DNA from: Mobula birostris
Taxonomy: Eukaryota
DNA length: 64,000 bases
NCBI RefSeq assembly: GCF_030028105.1
Contig: NC_092379.1
Span: forward strand, 20,251,309-20,315,308
Direction of reading: 5' to 3'
Shown: positions 10,027-21,424 of the stretch, piece after piece
Numbering within the stretch: the first letter of the stretch is position 1
Layout: every line of letters begins with the position of its first letter
Made by a program: the position numbers and the translations under genes
The notes under the pieces: generated by a model
Told to the model about the DNA's origin: nothing
The model's input: the letters and a program-made list of their open reading frames with translations, nothing else
Databases searched by the model: none

Positions 10027-10164
10027 TTGGCTGTCTACAATTCATCATTGAATTTTATTACACTCCATTTACTGGATTCCAGACCTGCCTCTGGTATCCA
10101 CTGGGACTGAAGTTAAAGGAGAGAGAAGAAAACACGATTCAAACAGACTACCTCTCCAATCACA

Positions 10165-10760
10165 TTTCTATTATCCTTGTGGCCACCTATTTCAATCTGA
10201 CTTTCCATTCCCATTCTGTCATGTCTGTCCATGGCCTCCTCTACTGCCATGGTGCAGCCAAAGTCAGGTTGGAGTAGCAACACCTCATATTCCATCCAGA
10301 TACCTGCCAACCTGATTCCATGTATACTTATTCTTTAACTTCCAGTAATCATCCCCCACTCCTTTATTCTCCCTTTTGTTCTATTCCTCATACTAGATAC
10401 ACCCTCATCCCTCCATTTCTCCTCACCTGCCCATCATCTCCATTTGTTTCCCCTCCTGCTGCACTTTCCTCCATGGTCCACTGTCCTGTCAGATTCCTTC
10501 TGTTTCAGCCATTTATCTCTTCCACTTCTCGCCTACCCCATCCACACACATTCCCCCTCACTTGGTATCACCTCTCATCTGACAGAATGTATTCCTCTCT
10601 ATTCCACCCACATTCTTATTCTGGCTTCTGCCCACTTCCTTTCCTGTACCAGTGAAATCTCTCGGCCCAAAATATCGGCTGTTTATTTCCATCCACAGAT
10701 GCTGCCTGACTTGCCGAGTTCCTCCAGCACTTTGTGTGTGTTGTTCAAGATTTCCAGCAT
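10165..10760 (+). mobile_element. Penelope-like element 3' fragment (endonuclease C-terminus plus pLTR, degenerate hammerhead)
   Basis: Reads VATYFN..HSHSVMSVHGLLYC...RLE*QHLIF, then a pyrimidine-rich tract and the GATGCTGCCTGACTTGCCGAGTTCCTCCAGCA motif. Confidence 0.7.
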
Positions 10761-10992
10761 CTGTAGAATCTCTTGTGTTTCTGGTTGTCCATACACTCAT
10801 TCATTTGTGTACATTGCTGCTTCACTGTGACTCAGATCCCAATTCCAGTTTCCTTGGCCAGATTCCCTCCTGTCTGAGTCAACAGCTGGAACCTGTTTTT
10901 CACCCAGTGGCTGTGAGGCACGAGGTGATGAAGGTGAATGGGGCTGAAATTCCAAATTGACTCAGTCAAAGGATGGATGACCCTTTGATAAT

Positions 10993-11229
10993 CCAGCTCT
11001 TGGCTCCATCCCTCCCCCTCCTATCTTCTCCTATCATTTTGGATCTCCCCCTTCCCCTCCCACTTTCAAATCTCTTACTCACTCTTCCTTCAGTTAGTCC
11101 TGACGAAGGGTCTCGGCCTGAAACATCGACTGCACCTCTTCCTAGAGATGCTAACTGGCCTGCTGCATTCACCAGCAACTTTGATGTGTGTTGCTTGAAT
11201 TTCCAGCATCTGCAGAATTCCTGTTGTTT
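10993..11229 (+). mobile_element. Short Penelope-like pLTR insertion with 14-bp target-site duplication
   Basis: GACCCTTTGATAAT at 10979-10992 and 11230-11243; contains a hammerhead core. Confidence 0.85.
11096..11131 (+). ncRNA. Minimal hammerhead ribozyme motif (AUC variant)
   Basis: AGTC-CTGACGA-AGG(gtctcgg)CCT-GAAAC-ATC-GACT: stem I AGUC/GACU, core CUGANGA/GAAA, stem II AGG/CCU. Confidence 0.65.
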
Positions 11230-12740
11230 GACCCTTTGATAATGTTGGGCACAAACAAATTGGTGAGACAAGACACAGGGGTCTAACCAGTCTCCTGTCC
11301 AATCTGTCATGCTTTGTGTGTAAATCCTGGTTCAGACAAATTGCTAAAGTTACATTGATCCACGTGTTGGACACTGAATTCAGTCCACGAGGGCAACTCA
11401 GTGATCCCAAGGAATGTTAGAAAGGAGGATGTTTTGTTAGAATTACCCAAGCATTGACAGAATTATATGCTTCTTGTAGAATAACACCAGCATTCACCAA
11501 TAAGGGGAGCATTTCCGCGGGATGGCTGAACATCCAGACCAGACTGATATGGGACATAACTGAGAAACCTGCAGAAGACATGTTTAACAACATCACAGTG
11601 CTGATGCAGCTAAGATTCACAATTCAGTGACTCTTCAGTGCACACCTAGGTTTGCATATTTGTGATATTACATGACCAGAATGATCATCCAGACCATACA
11701 AACGGACTAGCTGCTTTAATAGAAAATTGCTCATAATCTCACTGACATGAGAAAGGTGAAGAAATACACATCACACCTTGTCGGATGATTCGACCCAGTC
11801 AGACTGGAACTGTGTGTGTTACGTCTGCTCTTTCTTCAGACAAAGACACTGACTCACAGTCTCATTGAAGGTCTCAGCCATGACACAAACACAATCCGCC
11901 TCCACACTAAATATCAAAGAGCAGAAACACCCCACGTGCCTGAAGGTGACCGAGTGTGTAAATGGTGAACACAAAGTGCAGAGAGCTGCAATGTAAGTGA
12001 ACTGACGATCGTGCATTGGGAGACGACCTCAACAACTTCACTTGACCGCAATCACACAAAACTGACTCTAACCCAGAGGACAGGTGACCCAACACTTGAT
12101 CAAAGAGCTGTTTTATTCATTTATCATTTCCCGTCAATCACTGATCTCTCTGGAACTGAGGGACTTGCTGCCTCATTCCTGATGGTGATTCAGCTCCAGC
12201 CGTGTTGCTGCAGGTCTGGAGTCACAAACCAGCCAGACCAGACAAGACTTCCCTCTGGAAGTTACCACAGAGAATAACACTACAAATACCTCCATAGTCT
12301 TCTTTTTATTCCAAAAAGCATTTCTAAATTGAATTTAAACTCCTTTCCACCGGGTTGGGATTTGAATCCACTTTGCCAGTTCATCAGTCCCTAACTTATG
12401 GATACACTCTGACCATGGCTGCTCATTTCAAGTGAGACAGAGGCTTCAGTGTTTGTCAGCAAGAATGCTAAAACCACAGGCACCAGCAGAAGTAGTGCAG
12501 GTGTATGAGTGAGCAGAGTTGAAAGGATACGATGTTGTCTGAAGTTTGTGTGGGTGGTGAAGGTTGCAGAGATGAGGAGAGGCACAGTCACTGAGAGATT
12601 GGAATGTCGGGATGTGAAGTTATTAAACTGAGTGAATCCCAGGCTCAGCTCAGATGGAGAAAGGGATTCTCATTGATTCAAAGTGCTCATTGTTACTAAT
12701 CAATGGCACTGAGTCTCCAAGCAAAGAATATATAGATTCT

Positions 12741-14287
12741 CCAGGCCTGCGCAAGCAAGCTAGCTGGAGTGTTTGCTGACATCTTCAACTGCTCCTTGCT
12801 TCAGTCTAATATCCCCTCATGTTTTAAGAAGGTAACGATAATCCCAGTGCCGAAGAAGAGCAAGGTGGCATGCCTGAATGAATATCAACCTGTGGCTCTG
12901 ATATCAATTGCTATGAAGTGCTTCGAGAGATTGATTATGGCACACATCAACCACAGCCTACTGGTCAACCTCGACGTTTTGCAATTCGCCTACCGGAGCA
13001 ACAGGTCAATGGCAGATGCCATTTTTCTGGCCCTACATCCCTCCTTAGAACACCTGGAGAACAAAGACGCATACATAAGGCGCCTTTTCATTGACTACAG
13101 CTCTGCCTTTAATACCATCATTCCAAATAAACAGATTCCTAAACTCCGGAACCTGGGGCTTAGCACTCAGATCTGCAGGTGGATCTTCAACTTCTTCACA
13201 GACAGGACCCAGGCTGTAAAAATACAGGACACGCTCTCCTCTGCAATCACTCTGAGCACCGGTGCCCCACAAGGCAGTGTACTCAGCCCCCTGCTGTACT
13301 CACTGTACACCAATGATTGTGTAGCAAAGCTTCCATCAAACTCAATATATAAGTTTGCTGATGACACAACAATTGTAGGCCATATCTTGGGTAATGATGA
13401 GTTTGAGTACAGAGAGGAAATTAAGAACCTGGTGGCATGGTGCGAAGACAATAACCTATCCTTCAACGTCAGCAAGACGAAGGAATTGGTTGTTGACTTC
13501 AGAAGGAGTAGCGGACCGCACGATCCAATTTACATCGGTGGTGCGCAAATGGAACAGGTCAAAAGCTTTAAGTTCCTCGGGGTCAATATCACAAATGACC
13601 TGACTTGGTCTAGCCAAGCAGAGTTCACTGCCAAGAAGGCCCACCAGCACCTTTACTTCCTAAGAAAACTAAAGAAATTTGGCCTGTCCCTGAAAACCCT
13701 CACTAATTTTTATAGATGCACTGTAGAAAGCATTCCTCTAGGGTGCATCCCAAACTGGTATGGAAGTTGTCCTGTCCAAGACCGAAAGAAGCTGCAGAAG
13801 ATCGTGAACACAGCGCAGCACATCACACAAACCAATCTTCTGTCCGTGGACTCACTTTACACCGCATGCTGTTGGAGCAGTACTGCCAGGATAATCAAGG
13901 ACACAACCCACCCACCCAACATACTTTTCATCCCTCTTCCCTCCAGGAGAAGGCTCAGGAGCTTGAAGACTCGTATGGCCAGATTTGGGAACAGCTTCTT
14001 TCCAACTGTGATAGGACTGCTGAACGGATCCTGACCCGGATCTGGGCCGTACCATCCAAATATCCGGACCTGCCTCTCATTTCTTTTGCACTACCTTACT
14101 TTCCATTTTTCTATTTTCTATTTATGATTTATAATTTAAATTTTAATATTTACTGATTTTAACTATTTTTAATGTTTAATATTTGTAATCCAGGGAGTGG
14201 GAAGCACAGAATCAAATATCGCTGTGATGACTGTACATTCTAGTACCAACTGTTTGGTGACAATAAAGTATACAGTATAAGTATAAG
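12741..14287 (+). mobile_element. 5'-truncated Rex1/Babar-type LINE with open RT ORF (12769-14034)
   Basis: RT motifs CLNEYQPVAL, GAPQGSVLSPLLYSLYT and KFADDT. Near-identical to 47850-49404, including the AT-rich 3' UTR. Confidence 0.9.
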
Positions 14288-14606
14288 GAAGGGTCTCAGT
14301 ATTGAGCTGTGTCACTGCTGAGAAATCTGCATGCTTCTCTGTCTCACAGAGCTCCATCTCACGGTGAACCAATTGGTACAGTTATTAGAAAGGGATTCGA
14401 AACTTAGTTAGCACATCTTTTGTTCTGATTTTCTTTTCTTAATCAAAGCTAACAGGAATATGAGGCACATGACTCAGCCCTGGGTGTTTATGTTATTCTG
14501 TTTGCATTAAATGCAGCTGTCATGTACTGATGATCTGCCTGGACCTAACACAACCAATGGAAATATCTCCAGTAAGATTCTGAGCATTTCCATTTCTAAC
14601 CCACAG

Positions 14607-14909
14607 AATTGTCTGTCTTTATTCAAAATCCCGACATTGAAGAGCTGTGGATCGACAAGTCTGCTACCGTGAAGTGCACAGTTATCTGTACAGATCCAGA
14701 AGATATCCACATCTCTTGGCACGTGGGCGGGAAGGAGAAAACTAAAGGAATTCACACCCACCAAGCAGAGAGGGACGGGTCCCAATACAGAGTGCTCAGC
14801 GAACTCCAGATCAGTGTGGAGGAGTGGTTCAGTGGGGTGGAGTACGAGTGCTCTGCTCAGGAATCTCCTTCATCTTCCCGAGTGTCAGCACGCACCAATA
14901 GTACCAAAG
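14607..14909 (+). CDS. IgW: IgW CH3 exon
   Basis: CCACAG|14607; ELSVFIQNPDIEELWIDKSATVKC...ISW...EEWFSGVEYECSAQ...TNSTK; donor G|GTGGG; no lesions. Confidence 0.95.
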
Positions 14910-14997
14910 GTGGGCAAGAGACCAGTGATTAAATGGCCAGCATTAGTTACCTGAGTCAAAATGTTTGACACTTCCTTTGTTTTCTTTTCTATTCCAG

Positions 14998-15315
14998 TTG
15001 AGATAAGAAGTCCCAAGGTCAGACTGTTGCCTCCACCTCAGGAAGAGACCAAGAATTGGAAAACAGTCACAGTGGAGTGTCTGGTCTCTGGATTCTACCC
15101 AGATCAAATATATGTCATTTGGAAGAAAGGCAGCACCGTGATCACCTCCAACACCAGCGCGACACTGACCGCTCTGGAGCAGGGGTGGACTTTCAGTGCC
15201 AGACACTTCCTGACCGTGAGTTTACAGGAGTGGAAGTCAGAATCAGTCTTCAGCTGTACAGTCATTCATCCCCCCTCCAACAGCAGTATCAAGAAGCAAG
15301 TGAAGAACGTCCCAG
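14998..15315 (+). CDS. IgW: IgW CH4 exon
   Basis: TTCCAG|14998; VEIRSPKVRLLPPP...VECLVSGFYPDQIYVIW...FSCTVIHPPSNSSIKKQVKNVP; donor G|GTAGG. Confidence 0.95.
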
Positions 15316-15429
15316 GTAGGGTCCTGGGATGCAGCCCATTATTGAAATTGTTTACATTGTGCTATGAATTCAAGGTAAACACCTAATCATGGTGCAGACC
15401 CTGTTTAGTTATGTGAGTGAACTGATAAA

Positions 15430-15880
15430 GTTCAAAGTACAAAGTACATTGATTATCAAAGTATGTGCACCATATACAACCTTGAGATTCTCTTCTTGCA
15501 GACAGTCACAAAACAAAGAAACACAATAGAATTCAGAGTCAAACATCCAATGTGTGAAAAAAACAAATTGTGCAAACAATAAAAAAATTCAAACAATCCA
15601 CAGAACCTGAACCGCAGAGCCCCCTGAAGTAAATCCACAGCCACGTTGCCAGTTCAGCACTGCAACCAGTCCAGGAGACCGATGGCTGCAGGCCACGGCC
15701 GTGGAGCCAGGCTCAGTGCTGAGGTGAGTGCCGATGGCTGCAGGCCGCAGCTGCAGAGTCAGTTCAGTGCTGAGGCGAGTGAAGCCTCATCGAGAAGTGA
15801 GCTGAATACCGGTTTGTCCATTGACTCAGCCTCAATGCCTTCATCTTTTTAATCTCTTTTAGCACTTAAATTGGCCAATC
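15430..15880 (-). mobile_element. LINE 3'-end fragment (Rex1-like family)
   Basis: Begins GTTCAAAGTACAAAGTACATTGATTATCAAAG, similar to the terminus near 22680. Confidence 0.5.
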
Positions 15881-16643
15881 ATCAATTTGTTTTCCACTCT
15901 CAACCAACATAATCCACAACTTTCACCATAGAAATAAGAGTATCCCAGAAAATACTTTCATAACTGGAGGAGAATCCAGACCATTTCACTCGACAGACTC
16001 TCTGGAACTCGCTGCTGCTCGTCTTCAAAATGCTCCCTCCCTCTACCTTTGAACCTAATCCCAGCCTCCGATCAGTGCCTCAGATGTGACTGAATTTCCA
16101 GCTGAGCAGCTCTCCCTCTGCTCCTGTGTGGGAATTGTCAGCCTGGACAATGTGTAGAAGCCTCTGGAGGGCGACTTGAACACACATTCTGACAAAGTAG
16201 CAGCAAATGTTAGTTACACCTCATAGAGAAAAACAGTGTATTTCAATATTTGTGACAAAAACTAAATATTTCTCATAAATTTTGAAATATGAAGTGTATT
16301 TTCTGGAATATTTTCACGTGAAACTTTGCTTTGTTTCCTGTTCGCCAACACACTCTGAAATACTGGGGATTTTCTGTATCTGTTTTAATAAGTTGCTGGT
16401 AACAGTTTAAGTGACCATGCAACTGCAAAAACAATGTAAGGGCCAATCTTGTTCATTTACATTCCCTCAGGGTGTTTACCCTGTCTGCTCAATAGGGGAG
16501 ATTCCTTTCTTCACCAATGTAGATTGGTCTCATCTTATCTTGATGGGACTGGCAAATCGTTGACCGGAGATGAACAGAAATGCTGGTCTTGTCAGTGAGA
16601 AACTTGGGGAATGGTGAAATAATAATTGTGACGTTTCTCCCAG

Positions 16644-16964
16644 ATGACTGTCCAGACACCCGCCCCTATGTCACTTTAAGCAAACCTTCCTTCGAAGAGA
16701 TCTGGACAAAGAGGACAGCGACCATTCTGTGTGAGGTGGTTCACAGTGATTTACAGGGTTTCAGTGTACTCTGGCAGGTGGACAGAAGGAAGAGGGAAGA
16801 TGGGGTGAGGACTCTGGGTCCAGACAGCAACGGAGGGGAAGACATGATCACCAGCAGACTGACAGTCCCTGCTGCAGAGTGGAACAGTGGGGCTGAGTAC
16901 TCGTGTGTGATAGAGGACAAGAGTTTGCCAACACCAGTGAAGAAATCCATCAGGAAGGACAGAG
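16644..16964 (+). CDS. IgW: IgW CH5 exon
   Basis: CTCCCAG|16644; DDCPDTRPYVTLSKPSFEEIWTKRTATILCEVV...VLWQV...EWNSGAEYSCVIEDKSLPTPVKKSIRKDR; donor G|GTACGT. Confidence 0.95.
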
Positions 16965-17565
16965 GTACGTGTGGACAGAATTCATGTGAGTCTGATCTCA
17001 GCAATTTGACAGATTAATCACCTCACCATCCAGCACTGCTCAACCATTCAATCTGATCTCAGCTGATTATCCAAATTCAATCCGTTCCTGTTTTCTCCAG
17101 ATATCCTTTGACCCATTCACCTGCAGTATATTCAACCCATTCTTGAATATATTAGATGGTAATTCTTCAAGAGCTTTCTGTGGGAGAGAGTTCCACAGGT
17201 TCTCACTCCTTCTCACACGTACACAGCTTAGACTGCCACCCCTGCTCCAGGGGAGATGGAACAAACAGCACAGGATGATGCAAGTCCAGGGGCTGAGTTC
17301 CACTTTCTGTCGAGTTGCTGTGTTCAGCGACTCCCATTGATTAAACTGAATAGACTAACCTCACTGGAAGCTGTAAAATGCAGCAGGTCCAAGATTTCCA
17401 CTCCACAAATCCCAACGATGAGCAGAAAGGGAAAAGCCTTCAGTTTCAGATCAAGTGAAGCCCCTCAGATTTAGAAATTGTTCATGTTGGTGCAAGACCA
17501 GAATGTGTCGAGTAAGTAGGGAATTATTGGAAGATTCATTCTAACTGAGATTCTCTCTGTTCCAG

Positions 17566-17951
17566 GTGGTGCTGTGACTCGTCCCCATGTCTACCTCCTC
17601 CCTCCTTCATCGGATGAGGTAGACACCGATCAGACTGTGACCTTGATGTGTCTGATAACCAAGTTCTCTCCCGCAGACATCTATGTGGCCTGGATGGCCA
17701 ATGACACCCTTCTGAAGACAGGGTTTGTGAACCAGCCAGTGACCAAGGACCCCAGAAAAGGCTGGAACACAATGACCAGTCAGCTGAAGGTTTCTCCTGA
17801 GGAGTGGAATAGCGGCACCACTTTCTCCTGTGTGGTGGGTCATGAGTCGCTCCCAACCAACCTGTTCCGAAGCATCAATAAATCTCACAGCAAACCCACC
17901 CTGGTCAATGTCTCACTCGTTCTGACTGATAGTTTTAAATCTTGTGTGTAA
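17566..17951 (+). CDS. IgW: IgW CH6 exon with long-form secretory tailpiece
   Basis: TTCCAG|17566; GGAVTRPHVYLLPPS...LMCLITKFSPADIYVAW...FSCVVGHESLP...INKSHSKPTLVNVSLVLTDSFKSCV*, with an NVS glycan site and penultimate Cys. Confidence 0.96.
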
Positions 17952-18208
17952 TACTGTGTGATTCAATCCATGAAACCCTAGTTTTGTTAGTTTTATGATT
18001 ATTAATTATCACAGAGGATTATTTAGCTGATTAAAACATGATCAAGATCAAGAACCAAATTAAACTACAAACATGATTCACCACAAATCTCTGAGTTTGT
18101 GTGTACATTCTTAGACCTTCTTCTGCCACATTTGAATGGATTTCAGCCCTGTGTGGGACAGCACAATGTATTAAATCCTTGTACGTGTCAATGTACCGAT
18201 CCAAGTTC

Positions 18209-18214
18209 AATAAA
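18209..18214 (+). terminator. Poly(A) signal for long secretory form
   Basis: AATAAA about 260 nt after the CH6 stop. Confidence 0.7.
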
Positions 18215-18689
18215 TATGACAAGAAAATGTCTTAATTGTGATTTTTGGTGATGAGAAAAAAGGAACTTTCAACATGAGGCGTGGCACGTGACACACAGTC
18301 AAGGAGAAATAGTAATCTTTGTTTCTCTGGTGTCTGAACCCTTCCTGCATCGGGTCTCCCACTGATCAGCTGTCAACTGATGGTCAGAGAGATTAGAATG
18401 TACGGCAATCTGAGAAAGAGTTGAGAGTTGAAACCAGTGACTAAACATCATAACGATGTCAAAGATGTTAGATCACTGTTTGAGGGCTCTTTGTCCCCAC
18501 TAACATTGCTGCTCCTCATCTGGTGTCTGTGTGTCGCTAACTAAATGAAACATATCATTGTTGGGAACAGTTCTGTTGCAATGGTGCAGTTAAACATCTG
18601 TCTGTCAGGGCAGACCGTTTGCATCTGGACTGAAGGAGAACTAATATTCCAGTGAGAAGGTTTGCTTGTGCTGCCTGGTGGGGGTGGCG

Positions 18690-21120
18690 GGGGATGCCGG
18701 TTAAACTAGAGTTGCAGGGGATGGGAACCAGAGTGTCAGAACAGATTGTGGAGACGTTGTGGAGACAGATGTTGTTTAGACATTAGGCAAAGTCAGGAAT
18801 CAAGAAGTTGAGCATGGTGTGAGTAATGTTCTGAGCTGTGTATATCTCTAAGCAAATATTATTGTAGGAAAGGCAGATGAACTCAGGGCAGAGATCAACA
18901 CATGGAATTATGATATGGTGACCATTAGTGAGACTTGGTTGCAGGAGAGGCAGGACTGGTAGCTCAATATTCTGGGGTTGGAGAAATTGGAGAAAGGCCA
19001 TTTTTGGTGGTATCAGAAAGGATCTGGTAAGCATGAATTGGGACAGGCTGTTTTCTGGCAAAGGTGTACTTGGTAAGTGAGAAGCCTTCAAAAGCAAAAT
19101 TTTGAGAGCACATTGCTTGTATGTGCCTGTCAGAAGAAAAGGCAAGGATGACATTTGATACTGAGGCCCTGGTTAAGAAGTACAAGGAAGTGCACAGCAG
19201 GTATAGGCAGGTAGGGACAAATGAGGTACTTATGGAGTGTAAGAAATACAAGAAAACACCTAAGAAAGAAATAAGAAGGGCTAAAAGAATGGACAAGGTG
19301 CCCAAGCAGACAAAGTGAAGGGAAGTCCCAGGGGATTCTACAGATCTGTTAAGAGCACATCAATGCAAGGGACAAAATTGGTTCACTGGAAGATCACTTT
19401 GGAAATCTATTTGTGGTGCCAAAAGGGAAGGGGAGACTATCAATGGATTTTTTGTATCGGTATTTATTTGGGAGGTGGACAGATTGTCTGTAGAAATGAG
19501 GTAAAGCAGAAACGATGACATGGACCCTTCAGAGATTACAGAGGAGGAGGTGTTTACTGTCTTTAAGCAAATTAAAGATTGCAGGGGTAAGGGTTGCTGT
19601 CGGAGATATTTAAAACATCCTTAGCACCAGGCGAGATACTGGAGAACAGCAGGATAGCTGACGGTCCATAGTTTAAAAAAGGCTGTAAAATTAAATCAGG
19701 AAATTATAGGCCAGTGAGCCTGACATCTGTAGTGGGAAGGCTATTGGAAGTTATTCTAAGGGACCGGATATATGTGTATTTGGATAGACATGGACTGATG
19801 AAGGATAGTCAGCATAGCTTTGTATGTGTAGGGCACGTCTAACCAATCTGATGGAGGTTATTGAGGAGGTTACTAGGAAAGTTGATGAAGGCAAGGCAGT
19901 GGATATTATCTACATGGACCTTAGCGAGGCATTTGACAAGGCCCCAAATGGGAGGGTGGTCAGGAAGTTTCAGTCGCATGGCAGCAAATTGGATTGGACA
20001 TTGGCTTTGTGGGAGAAGCCAGAGGGTGGTAGTAGATGGTTGCCTGTCTGACTCAAGGCCTGTGACAGGTGGAGTTTCACAGGGATCGGTGCTGGGTCCA
20101 TTGTTGTATCAATGATCTGGATGATAACATGGTTAACTGGATCAGCAAATTTGCAATTGACACCAAAATTGTGGGTGTTGCGGACAGCAAGAAAGATAAT
20201 CAGAGCTTGTAGTGGGATCTGGACCAATTGGTAAAATAGTCAGAAAAATGGCTGATGGAATTTAATGCAGACAATTGTGAGGTGCTGCACTTAGGTAGGA
20301 CCAGCTAAGGTGAGTCTTACACAGTGAACGATAGGACACTGAGGAGTGCAGTAGAACAAAGAGATGTGGGAACACAGGTCCATAATTAATTGAAAATGGC
20401 GGCACAGGTAGATAGGATCATAATGAAATCTTTAGGCACACTGGCCTTCATAAATCAAAATACTGAGTACAGGAGATGGGGTATTATGTTAAAGTTGTAT
20501 AAGACATTCCTCAGGCCTAACTTGAATTGAATTGAATTGACTTTATTACCTACATCCTTCATATACATGAGGAGGAAAAATCTTTACCTGTTCAGCTTTG
20601 GTCACTTATCTGCAGGAAAGGTGTAAATAAGCTTGAAAGAGTACAGAGAAAGTTTAAAAGGATGCAACCAGGACTGAGAAACTGAGGAAAAAGGAAAGAT
20701 TACACAGGTTAGGACTTTATTCCTTGCAACGTAGAAGATTGAGGGGAGATTTGATGGAAGTATAGAAAATTATCAGGGGTATAGATAGGGTAAATGCAAG
20801 CAGGCTTTTTCCACAGAGGTTGGCTGGAACTACAACTAGAAATCATGGGTTAAGGGTGAAAGGTGAAATGTTTAAGGGAAACCTGAGGGGAAACTTCTTC
20901 ACTCAGAGTTTTGTGAGAGTGTGGAATGAACTGCCAGAGCAAGTGGTGCTTGCAAGCTCGATTTCAATGTTTAAGACAAGTTTGGATGTTACATGGATGG
21001 GAGGGGTATGGAGGGTAATGGTCTGGGTGCAAGTCAATGGAACATAGCAGTTTAAATGGCTCGGCACAGACCGGATGGGCCAAAGGGCCTGTTTCTGTGT
21101 TGTACTTCTCTGTGACTCTG
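18690..21120 (+). mobile_element. Degraded CR1/HER1-type LINE
   Basis: Fragmented EN/RT motifs (SQGSVLGPLL, YMDLSEAFDK, GNFFTQ) and a CR1-type 3' tail ending in TCTGTGACTCTGTGACT. Confidence 0.8.
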
Positions 21121-21424
21121 TGACTTTCAGACAATGACCAAGACCAGACAGTCTGTGTCTGCATTGCTTGCAGTTGAGAAGAATCCAGATTTCTGGACAA
21201 ACATATCAGATGTAAAAGGGGCACGAGAGGGTAGATGTTGAGAGAATTTCACCTGTCATAGAGCAACGAACAAGGGGACAGAGTTACAAAGTAAGGAGCA
21301 GGACATTTGAAACTGTGGTGCAGAGAAATTTCTTCCCTCAGATGGAATGAATTCCCAGAAATCTCAGGCCAGAGGATGGAATCTGGTGGTCTACACTTCC
21401 TCCTGTTTTCCTCTTGTGAGTTCA

